From TPA_inf: Saccharomyces (taxonomy: Eukaryota): 64,000 bases of DNA. Made by a program: the position numbers and the translations under genes. The notes under the pieces are model-generated. The model was given only the letters and a program-made list of their open reading frames with translations. It was not told the DNA's origin and did no database searches. The DNA is taken from contig BK006943.2 of the NCBI GenBank assembly GCA_000146045.2, forward strand, positions 288,001-352,000, given 5' to 3'. This document shows, piece after piece, positions 10,815 through 19,970 of this stretch. Numbering within the stretch: the stretch's first letter is position 1; every line of letters begins with the position of its first letter.

Positions 10815-11156
10815 TACCAGAAAGTCTCAGTAGAATACACGTCACAGAAAGCTAGTAAAAAAAAATAATCAAGCATATAAAAGTATTAATATATTAAAAA
10901 ATCTTCATGTAAACCAATTCTTATTTACCTCTTTTCCCAGCAAGCGGGCAACTTCTTTAAGAAAAGTAATCTTTTTTGTACGTCGAATTATCAAAGCTTG
11001 GTTACTATATTTAACATTATTGTTTAGTAACAGTATCATCTTAAAAGAAAATTTTTTAAAATTCCAATATAGGAGACAATGGTAATAATTACATACAAAT
11101 AGCTATTTATGTAAGCAAAACTGATATTTTTATATACAAATCGTTTCAAATATCTC

Positions 11157-14100
11157 TTAGACTTCAGCGAATTTATTGCTACCTCTAATGAATCCGATTG
11201 CTTCTTCTCTATTGACCTCAATAACCGTGGAAATCTTATTCTCGTACTTAACACGGAAAAATTTGTCTGCAACTTGCAACATATCTGTTCTGAACGTCGT
11301 ACAAATAAACTGGGCATTTTTTGACAGTTCTTTTAGAAGTGTAGCGACTGCAGTTCTATACTGCTTGTCGAGTGCAGCATCAATTTCATCAAACAGATAG
11401 AAGGAAGCAGGGTCAACCATTTGGATTGCCAGAATCAAAGCAATGGCACATACAGTCTTCTGACCACCTGAGAGCTGTTCAACATGCAGTTGTTCGTTTT
11501 GTTTAGAATTGAAGGAAACAGAAATTGAAACACCTGTATACATAATTTCACTATCTTTACCGTTTTGGCTTTCATTGGATTCTGCATCCATGTCAACATC
11601 AATACTTTCATCATGGTCGTTAGCGTTATCATTCTTACGGTGAATAATCAACTTAGCAGTACCTCTGGGAACTAATCTTTCAAAAACAGCTTCAAAGTTT
11701 TCAGAAACCTTTTGGAAAGTAGAATCAACCGCGTTAACCTTTTGTTGTTTTAACTTAACAATTAGATCTTGAATTGAGTCTTTAGATTCATCCAGCTCTG
11801 AAGCTCTCTCCGCAAGGTCTTTGCGTCTTTCGTTAAACTTTTTGAAGTTTTCAAAAGCTCTCTTGTTTACATTCTTCAAACCAGAAATCTCTGTGTTCAT
11901 ATCATTCAGTCTTTGTAATAGCTGATCACTTGTGATGTCGCTAAAATCATTTACTAAAGCATCCTCTGGCAGAAGCCCAATTTCCCTAATCCTTTGCTGT
12001 AATTCTTCTCTTCTAGTAACCAAAGTTGTTTTCTTAATCATCGTTTTTTCAACACTTTTTTGGAAATTGTCAAGCTTCTTTAATAGTAATCGCTGTTGAT
12101 TGTTTGCTTTTTCTAGCAGTTTCTTATTATTAGTTTCTTCAGCAATGAGACTTTCAATTTCTCTTTGAACGGTACCTAGTTCCAACACAGCGTTTTCATG
12201 CTGCTTTTCAACGCTTTCCTTCTCCAATTGTAATTCTTTCAACTCATCTTGTAGACCAAAAATAAATGCGTCACCTACTTCTGACATCTTGGATTCTAGA
12301 TCATTTTCTTGTGGGATAAGTTTGGACTCCAATTCGGCATTCAACGAGTCAATGGTTGTAGTTATACCTTCTAGGGCGTCTGATGTAATATTTAGCTTAT
12401 TGTGCGCTGCACTAATCTCCTTTGTTAAAGATTCTAATCTTTCCTTTTCTTCTTTTGAGAGTTCGCTATCAAACTCCTGAAGCAAATCATTTTCGAATGT
12501 ATTTAGCTTTTCCTGAGCAAATGTACGATTTGTATTCAGCTTTTCTAGTTTTAGTATAATTGCGTTTAATGATTCTTCGAGAATTAATTTTTCATTCTTT
12601 TTGGTGTTTAGCGATGTTCTATATACCTCGATATTTGTTAAGACAGACTCCCTGTCATTAGAAACCTTTCTTATATTCCCGTTTACTTGATCAATCTTAG
12701 TATCAATATCATTTAGTTCATTTCTTACGAAATCTAATTCTTCCAGTATTTTTTTGTGTTGACTTCTTGATTCATTTAAGTTTTTCAATGATTCCAAACG
12801 TGTTCGTTTGTGCTGGTCAAGATACCCACCTGTAAGTACACCTCTTTTGTCTGCTCTATCACCATCTAAAGTGATGGCATTGAGTTTGTGTTTCTTAGCT
12901 AATTTTAAACCTTGACCTAAGTCTTTGACAACAATAGTTTTTCCAAAAACGTGTTTGACAGCCTTCTCAAACCTGGGTTCATATTTTATCTTCTTTATCA
13001 AGGGAGTAAACTGGATTTGTGTAGTAGTGTTTGAGGGGAATTTAACATCACTGTCCAAAGATAACCTGTTCAAGGGAATAAACGTCACTCTCCCACCCTT
13101 CATACGATATAGTTCGTTCATAATCAAAGTGGCCGTTTCTTCGGTATCCACGACAATGTGGAAGAGGGAGTTACCTCCAATTACTTCAGCACATGTCTTG
13201 TACTTATCATTGACTTTAATCAGTTCACCTAATGTCCCAAAGACAGATTCCGGTGATATTTTTAGTTTTTCTGTAATTTCTTTCACATTTATTATACCAT
13301 TTGCCAATGATCTACTCATGGTTTCATTAACATTTCTTTGATTTTGATTGACGTCACTTAATAAAGTTTCCAAGACTGTCTGTAATTTTTGCTCCTTTCT
13401 CCACAATTCCTTACGAGTGTCTAAACTTTCACTCAGCTTCTGTTTGAGGTGTATTAATTCCGAATCAAAATCTTCTAATTGACCCTTGGTATCTGGTCCA
13501 TTGATAGAATCAATTAGCTCTTCAATCTCTTCATCAATCGCAGAGTACTGCTTCCTTAAAGAAGTACGATCCATTTGCAATTGACTTTCCAGTTCATTTA
13601 AGTTTTGTATTGAAGATTTCAGTTCTTCAATTTCTGAATGAATCCACGTATCGCGTTCATCCTTTGATTTAAAACGGGCATATTCTCCTTTCTTTAAGAT
13701 AAGATCTCTCTGCTTTTGTTGCAAGGAGGCCAATTGAAGTTTGTACATTGCTTCTTCCTTTGTGAGTTCTTGATATCTAGGTAAAATTTTAGACAACTTT
13801 TGTTTCCTTTGCTCAATTATAGATTTGATCTCTTTCAAAGTTGCACTATCCAAATTTCTCTGCTCCTCATTTGACTCAATTTGCTGTTGAACATCCTTTA
13901 TTTTTACGTTGACGTTTGTTAATTTCTGAGAAATCTCAGATTCCCGTAGTTTTGCCTGTTGTAAATCAGTCGCATTTTTGATCTTCAGTGAAGCTTCAAT
14001 ACTTGATAGCTTTTTGGAGACTTGGTCAATCATATCCTCTCTTTTATCCAACTCCTGGATGTATTGTTCGGAAGAGTATACCGTGTTATTATAATCACCG

Positions 14101-14849
14101 TCCAGTCTTTCCATTTGATTGATAACCTCATTTAATTCTCGATCATACAATGTGAACTGGTAGATCTTTCTGTTGCGTTCCAACTCGTTGTATTTCTCTA
14201 ATTCCTTACGTTCCTGTTCCATTTCACTCAATTTAGAGTTTAGTTCACCCATTTCCTTGTTAATTTGAATCTTTTTCTGCTCTGTTTCCTCCATTTTTTT
14301 CAATGAAGCTTTCAATTTTACTTCAAATGACTTAGCTCCTACAACATCTTCCAATAACTGCAATCTTTCCTTATCCTTGGCATTAGTTAAGGCGACTATT
14401 TTACCTTGTGGTACTATATTATACGGATTATTCATTGAAAAACCAGCGGTTTCCAACATTCTGACTATGTCCCCTTTGGTCACGTTTCTGTCATTTAATT
14501 GATAGTCATCCTTCTTCAGCCCTACTGTTCTTCTAATGGTCACTTCGTCATCTCCTCTCGAAAGTACACCGGAGGGCAATATCATAGAATGATCTGGATC
14601 GTGGAACACAATTTCTACCGAGGCACTCATCACTGAACCACCAGAACCTTGGTGGATAAGCCCTTGCCTTTCTTCCCTCTTAAGATTAGAGTAATCGTCA
14701 CTAAGAACAAATCTAATCGCAGCGAAGAAATTCGATTTACCTGAACCATTGGAGCCAATAATAACATTCTGATGCGGCGAGAAATTATCAATAATGGTTT
14801 CGTTCCTGTAGGTTTTAAAACCCTTAATTATCACCCTTTTGATATACAT
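11157..14849 (-). CDS. SMC3: Smc3, cohesin ATPase subunit (1230 aa). Walker A N-terminus, long coiled coils with a central hinge, C-terminal signature/Walker B.
   Basis: A 1230-aa ORF. The N-terminus MYIKRVIIKGFKTYRNETIIDNFSPHQNVIIGSNGSGKSN is an SMC Walker A. The C-terminus has LSGGQKTVCAIALILAIQ...YLFDEIDAALD, i.e. the ABC signature plus Walker B/D-loop. Confidence 0.92.
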   Translation of the reverse strand: MYIKRVIIKGFKTYRNETIIDNFSPHQNVIIGSNGSGKSNFFAAIRFVLSDDYSNLKREERQGLIHQGSGGSVMSASVEIVFHDPDHSMILPSGVLSRGDDEVTIRRTVGLKKDDYQLNDRNVTKGDIVRMLETAGFSMNNPYNIVPQGKIVALTNAKDKERLQLLEDVVGAKSFEVKLKASLKKMEETEQKKIQINKEMGELNSKLSEMEQERKELEKYNELERNRKIYQFTLYDRELNEVINQMERLDGDYNNTVYSSEQYIQELDKREDMIDQVSKKLSSIEASLKIKNATDLQQAKLRESEISQKLTNVNVKIKDVQQQIESNEEQRNLDSATLKEIKSIIEQRKQKLSKILPRYQELTKEEAMYKLQLASLQQKQRDLILKKGEYARFKSKDERDTWIHSEIEELKSSIQNLNELESQLQMDRTSLRKQYSAIDEEIEELIDSINGPDTKGQLEDFDSELIHLKQKLSESLDTRKELWRKEQKLQTVLETLLSDVNQNQRNVNETMSRSLANGIINVKEITEKLKISPESVFGTLGELIKVNDKYKTCAEVIGGNSLFHIVVDTEETATLIMNELYRMKGGRVTFIPLNRLSLDSDVKFPSNTTTQIQFTPLIKKIKYEPRFEKAVKHVFGKTIVVKDLGQGLKLAKKHKLNAITLDGDRADKRGVLTGGYLDQHKRTRLESLKNLNESRSQHKKILEELDFVRNELNDIDTKIDQVNGNIRKVSNDRESVLTNIEVYRTSLNTKKNEKLILEESLNAIILKLEKLNTNRTFAQEKLNTFENDLLQEFDSELSKEEKERLESLTKEISAAHNKLNITSDALEGITTTIDSLNAELESKLIPQENDLESKMSEVGDAFIFGLQDELKELQLEKESVEKQHENAVLELGTVQREIESLIAEETNNKKLLEKANNQQRLLLKKLDNFQKSVEKTMIKKTTLVTRREELQQRIREIGLLPEDALVNDFSDITSDQLLQRLNDMNTEISGLKNVNKRAFENFKKFNERRKDLAERASELDESKDSIQDLIVKLKQQKVNAVDSTFQKVSENFEAVFERLVPRGTAKLIIHRKNDNANDHDESIDVDMDAESNESQNGKDSEIMYTGVSISVSFNSKQNEQLHVEQLSGGQKTVCAIALILAIQMVDPASFYLFDEIDAALDKQYRTAVATLLKELSKNAQFICTTFRTDMLQVADKFFRVKYENKISTVIEVNREEAIGFIRGSNKFAEV

Positions 14850-15180
14850 TGCAGACGTGAACTATTACCGTTACTCCAGCAGGTCGTCTTGTAAAAAAAT
14901 GGTGAAACTGTTTAAAGATGAGGTTGAAAACTCATCTTTAATTAGTTTAATCATTTCCTAACGCGTCGCGTCTTTTCCTATTCCTGAGACTTTTTTTCTT
15001 TAGGTTCCTAATAGTGAAATGTGACAGGTGTACACTTCGATGGCAGGCAAAAATAGAGCCAAAACTGCTTATAAGTTATTCCAAGTGAAAGGAGTTGGTT
15101 GCGAGAAGGGCCCAGAAGGTTTCATTCATTGTTGGTTTAGTGTATTACTAAGGCCGATCTTAACGTCTACGAAACGAAGT

Positions 15181-17118
15181 ATGATACTGATCTCGGGATA
15201 CTGTCTTTTAGTGTATAGCGTTATTTTGCCAGTACTGATATCGGCTTCTAAGTTATGTGATTTGGCTGAGTTACAACGATTGAACAAGAATTTAAAAGTA
15301 GACACTGAATCCTTGCCAAAATACCAATGGATCGCTGGGCAGTTGGAACAAAACTGCATGACTGCGGATCCAGCAAGTGAAAATATGTCAGACGTAATTC
15401 AACTAGCCAATCAAATATACTACAAAATTGGGCTGATCCAATTATCCAACGATCAACATCTAAGAGCTATTAACACATTTGAAAAAATCGTTTTTAATGA
15501 AACTTACAAAGGTTCTTTTGGGAAGCTGGCGGAAAAGAGGCTACAAGAGCTGTATGTCGATTTTGGGATGTGGGACAAGGTGCATCAGAAGGATGATCAG
15601 TATGCGAAATATCTGTCCTTGAATGAAACCATCAGAAACAAAATATCATCCAAAGACGTTTCTGTGGAGGAAGATATTTCTGAGCTGCTACGCATAACGC
15701 CGTACGATGTTAACGTCCTCTCCACGCACATCGATGTTCTTTTTCACAAACTAGCTGAAGAAATTGACGTTTCGTTAGCTGCTGCTATCATTTTGGATTA
15801 CGAAACAATCCTCGACAAGCATTTGGCTAGCTTAAGCATAGATACAAGACTTTCGATTCATTATGTCATATCTGTTTTACAGACCTTTGTACTTAACTCA
15901 GATGCGTCGTTCAATATAAGAAAATGCCTTTCCATTGATATGGACTATGATAAATGTAAAAAACTAAGCCTGACTATTTCCAAATTGAACAAGGTGAATC
16001 CATCAAAAAGACAGATCCTGGATCCAGCAACATATGCATTTGAGAACAAAAAGTTTAGAAGTTGGGATAGAATTATTGAATTTTATTTGAAGGATAAGAA
16101 GCCATTTATTACACCAATGAAAATTCTTAACAAAGATACAAACTTTAAAAACAACTACTTCTTTTTAGAGGAAATTATCAAACAATTGATAGAAGACGTT
16201 CAACTGTCGAGACCTTTGGCAAAAAATTTATTCGAAGATCCCCCAATAACCGATGGTTTTGTCAAACCAAAATCATACTATCATACCGATTATCTAGTAT
16301 ACATTGATTCCATTCTTTGTCAGGCTTCTAGCATGAGTCCGGACGTCAAGAGAGCTAAACTGGCTGCGCCGTTCTGTAAAAAGAGTTTGAGGCATTCACT
16401 AACACTAGAAACATGGAAACACTATCAGGATGCTAAGTCCGAGCAAAAACCTTTACCTGAGACGGTATTGAGTGATGTATGGAATTCCAATCCTCATTTG
16501 CTGATGTATATGGTAAACTCAATACTTAATAAAAGTAGGTCTAAACCTCATTCACAGTTCAAAAAGCAATTATATGACCAGATAAACAAATTTTTCCAAG
16601 ATAACGGCCTCTCAGAGTCGACCAATCCATACGTGATGAAGAACTTCCGATTATTACAGAAACAATTACAAACCTATAAAGAGCATAAACATCGGAATTT
16701 CAACCAGCAATATTTCCAACAACAACAACAGCAGCAACAACACCAACGACATCAAGCACCCCCAGCAGCGCCTAACTACGACCCAAAAAAGGACTATTAT
16801 AAAATTCTTGGAGTATCGCCTAGTGCTAGTTCGAAAGAAATAAGGAAAGCATATTTAAATTTAACCAAAAAATACCACCCAGACAAAATAAAGGCCAACC
16901 ATAACGACAAACAAGAATCAATTCACGAAACTATGTCACAAATCAATGAAGCGTACGAAACATTAAGTGATGACGATAAAAGGAAGGAATACGATCTTTC
17001 CAGATCAAACCCCCGCCGCAACACTTTTCCTCAGGGGCCTAGGCAAAATAACATGTTCAAAAATCCAGGAAGTGGCTTCCCATTCGGAAATGGCTTTAAA
17101 ATGAATTTTGGGCTTTGA
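15181..17118 (+). CDS. JEM1: Jem1, ER-lumenal DnaJ-like co-chaperone (645 aa). Signal sequence and C-terminal J domain.
   Basis: The track ORF is 696 aa. The Met at codon 52 ([23 protein letters not shown], signal-like) gives 645 aa. The C-terminal J domain reads [32 protein letters not shown], and a polyQ stretch precedes it. Confidence 0.85.
16716..16755 (+). repeat. CAA/CAG trinucleotide run encoding [12 protein letters not shown] in JEM1.
   Basis: Direct read: caacaacaacaacagcagcaacaacaccaacgacatcaa. Confidence 0.85.
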
Positions 17119-17220
17119 TGAAATACATTCTATGCCCATTAACTAGGATACCACAACAAGTACATATATATACATACGCATATCACTGAAAGTTCTAATT
17201 ATTGCAAAGCCAGCACTTTT

Positions 17221-17862
17221 TTAAATATTGAATTCTTCTTCATCATTTTCAGTACCAGCGGTAAGAGATGCTGTGTGAATTTCTCGCAGTTTATCCATGA
17301 TTTCAGTAATGAACGGCCTCAACTCATTGATTTCTAATAGACTTAAATTATCCAATTGTAAATGAGATTCATTCAAATACTTAAGGCCTTTTAACACTTT
17401 GATCTGCCTTATTTCCCTTAAGTCTTGTATTTTACCACGTAATTCGTGAATGGGGTCATGAAAATCATCCTTAGCTTTATTGAAAAGTATACGTGCCAAG
17501 ACAAGCCAGTTCCACGGCAACTCACTAAACCTATCCGGATGAGTTTTCTCATATTGTATTTTTCTATCAAGCTCTTTCGTCGTTAACCACTGTGGTGCTA
17601 CAATACTGCACTTGGATTGTTGCTTCAGTAATAGAGCGATCCAAAGAACCACTTCTGTAGAACGCATGGCTACCATATTATTTAAAGCTTTGTCATCTGT
17701 AGTAATAAGTTGCCAGCGGGTGTGGTTTCCAGTTCCTCTATCATCGCCACGAATTTTTTGGCGTGTTGTTATTCTGGGAAAAATCTTTATTGGCTCGTTT
17801 TCCACAATGAACTGTATTTCTTCTGGTGAGAAAGTCTGCTGCAAATGTGCCGGTAGTGACAT
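17221..17862 (-). CDS. PSF2: Psf2, GINS-complex subunit of the replicative CMG helicase (213 aa).
   Basis: A 213-aa ORF (MSLPAHLQQTFSPEEIQFIVENEPIKIFPR...) with length and position matching PSF2. Convergent with JEM1. Confidence 0.8.
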   Translation of the reverse strand: MSLPAHLQQTFSPEEIQFIVENEPIKIFPRITTRQKIRGDDRGTGNHTRWQLITTDDKALNNMVAMRSTEVVLWIALLLKQQSKCSIVAPQWLTTKELDRKIQYEKTHPDRFSELPWNWLVLARILFNKAKDDFHDPIHELRGKIQDLREIRQIKVLKGLKYLNESHLQLDNLSLLEINELRPFITEIMDKLREIHTASLTAGTENDEEEFNI

Positions 17863-18131
17863 GCGTCTATGAAACTAGTCTTATTTCAGATCAGCCGTTG
17901 ATCCTCTCTAAGTATAAAACTCTTTTTTGTTAACCATTTCATAGTTACACTTTAGGCGACTGATTTTTCATTAAATGGAAAATATCACAAGAAATTTCAC
18001 GCTGGAGAAAAAAAAGGTTAGTCATCACTGATCTTCCCATGGAGTCATAAGCACGTTCGACATAAATTGTGAAAGTTAACACATTTGAAGCTAGGACCGT
18101 CAATCTAGGACACTAGTCGGTTACTTTTATC

Positions 18132-19856
18132 ATGTGGAGGAGAATATTCGCGCATGAACTCAAGTATGATCAACCCAATGCATCTTCAAAAAACTTGATC
18201 CTTTCAGTTCTGAATACAACCGCTACAAAACGAGAGGCTAAGGATTATCTCTCAAAATATACAAATGATAGTGGGCAGCATAATCATTGTTTGTTTTTTA
18301 TCAGGGACCTGCATAAAGTCGCACCAGCGATTTTGTCCCAGTTTTCAAGTGTCATAAAGAGACTAGGAATGCTAGGTTTGCGACCTATGTTTGTAATTCC
18401 GCCGTCGCCAACTCATGTAAATATACAGGCAGAGTTACTTGACAGTATCGTTACAGAAGCAGATTTAAAGCCACTTCACCTTAAGGAGGGTCTTACTAAA
18501 TCCCGCACTGGGTTATATCATTCTGTTTTTTCGCAAGAGAGTCGTTTCTTTGATATTGGAAATTCCAATTTTATACCAATTGTGAAACCTTATGTGTATA
18601 ATGAAGAGACTGCTTCAGAATTCATGACAAAGGATGTTGTAAAATTTATGGATTGCCTGTGCCAAGGGAATATTCCACACATTGACAAATTCTTCATTCT
18701 AAATAATGCCGGAGGTATACCTTCGGGAGAGAGAAATGATAACGCTCATGTATTCATCAATCTTTCTCAGGAACTCGAGCATTTGTCCTCGTCATTATCT
18801 CACAATATAAGCACTCTAACCAAACGAGAGCCACGCTCCCAAAACCTGTTACACAGAATGGAGGTGTACGTTAAAAAAGATGAGATATCTTCCTTAGAAT
18901 GTGAATACCATGATCATTTAGAAAACCTGTTATTGATGGACAAAGTTTTATCAAATCTAGCGGCTACAGCAACGGGACTGATTACAACTGTCAAAGCTGC
19001 CGCACTATCATCAGATAGGAAAAATCCTTTAGTATATAATTTATTGACAGACCGATCGCTAATTTCTTCTTCTTTACCAAGGTTTAAAAAAAAGGACGGC
19101 GAGATAGACTCACCAGCCAACATGTTTGATGATCACGCATGGTATGAATTGCCTTCCCAACAGGTAAATGCAGCTCCTTCTAACTCAGATGCAGTTTTAG
19201 TGACAACTGTTCTCAAAAAGGGCGTCCATATCAAAACTTATGACTATAAGACGCTGACTCAATTCAACTCAATTGGGCTTCCAAAGAAGTTTCACGTACC
19301 TGAGAAAGGAGCAAAACCCTCGAGCAATAGTCCAAAACTAGATATCAACAAATTTAAATCCATCATCGATCAGAGCTTTAAAAGATCTTTGGATTTGCAT
19401 GACTACATAAAAAGGATTAATGGAAAAATAGCTACAATTATTGTGATAGGTGATTATGAAGGCATTGCAATTCTTACCTATGAAGGCTCGGAGGAAAATT
19501 CCTTTGTTTATCTCGATAAGTTCGCCGTTCTACCACACTTGAAAGGCTCGCTGGGTATATCTGATATAATCTTCAATTTGATGTTCAAAAAATTTCCTAA
19601 TGAGATACTTTGGAGAAGCAGAAAAGACAATGTGGTGAACAAGTGGTATTTTCAACGTAGCGTTGCTGTGCTAGATTTGTCGATTGACTTAGACCCCGAA
19701 CACTGTGATGAAAAGCAAAGCCAATTTAAACTATTTTACTACGGTAACCCTCAATACGCTAAGAGGGCACTACGTGACAAGAAACGTTTAAGAGAATTCA
19801 TGAGGTCTGTCAGGGACATCAAGCCAAGTTGGGAAAATGAAAAAAATATTTCATGA
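18132..19856 (+). CDS. ARG2: Arg2, mitochondrial N-acetylglutamate synthase (574 aa).
   Basis: A 574-aa ORF with the C-terminal GNAT-like acetyltransferase region (ATIIVIGDYEGIAILTYEG...YLDKFAVLPHLKGSLGISD). Position between PSF2 and YJL070C fits. Confidence 0.85.
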   Translation: MWRRIFAHELKYDQPNASSKNLILSVLNTTATKREAKDYLSKYTNDSGQHNHCLFFIRDLHKVAPAILSQFSSVIKRLGMLGLRPMFVIPPSPTHVNIQAELLDSIVTEADLKPLHLKEGLTKSRTGLYHSVFSQESRFFDIGNSNFIPIVKPYVYNEETASEFMTKDVVKFMDCLCQGNIPHIDKFFILNNAGGIPSGERNDNAHVFINLSQELEHLSSSLSHNISTLTKREPRSQNLLHRMEVYVKKDEISSLECEYHDHLENLLLMDKVLSNLAATATGLITTVKAAALSSDRKNPLVYNLLTDRSLISSSLPRFKKKDGEIDSPANMFDDHAWYELPSQQVNAAPSNSDAVLVTTVLKKGVHIKTYDYKTLTQFNSIGLPKKFHVPEKGAKPSSNSPKLDINKFKSIIDQSFKRSLDLHDYIKRINGKIATIIVIGDYEGIAILTYEGSEENSFVYLDKFAVLPHLKGSLGISDIIFNLMFKKFPNEILWRSRKDNVVNKWYFQRSVAVLDLSIDLDPEHCDEKQSQFKLFYYGNPQYAKRALRDKKRLREFMRSVRDIKPSWENEKNIS

Positions 19857-19970
19857 AACAAAGACGCATTCTCCTCCTCCTTAACTTTCAAGTTTTCATT
19901 TTCAGTTTTTAAGGTATCTATATAAATATATATATCTTACTATGCAAAGTTGTTGATATTTCACTTTACC

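Noticed and set aside
12925-13341. A 138-aa plus-strand ORF and other small ORFs antisense to SMC3.
   Set aside because: They are embedded antisense in a gene with clear SMC motifs, and show no domain signal.
15028-15180. A 51-codon upstream extension of JEM1 in the track. Similar extensions occur for MPM1 (26873-26941), BNA3 (35377-35385), IRC8 (51733-51786) and ICS3 (7062-7124).
   Set aside because: In each case the internal Met gives the known protein length. For JEM1 the internal Met begins a signal peptide, and for IRC8 a TATA element lies inside the extension. The extensions are first-ATG artefacts.
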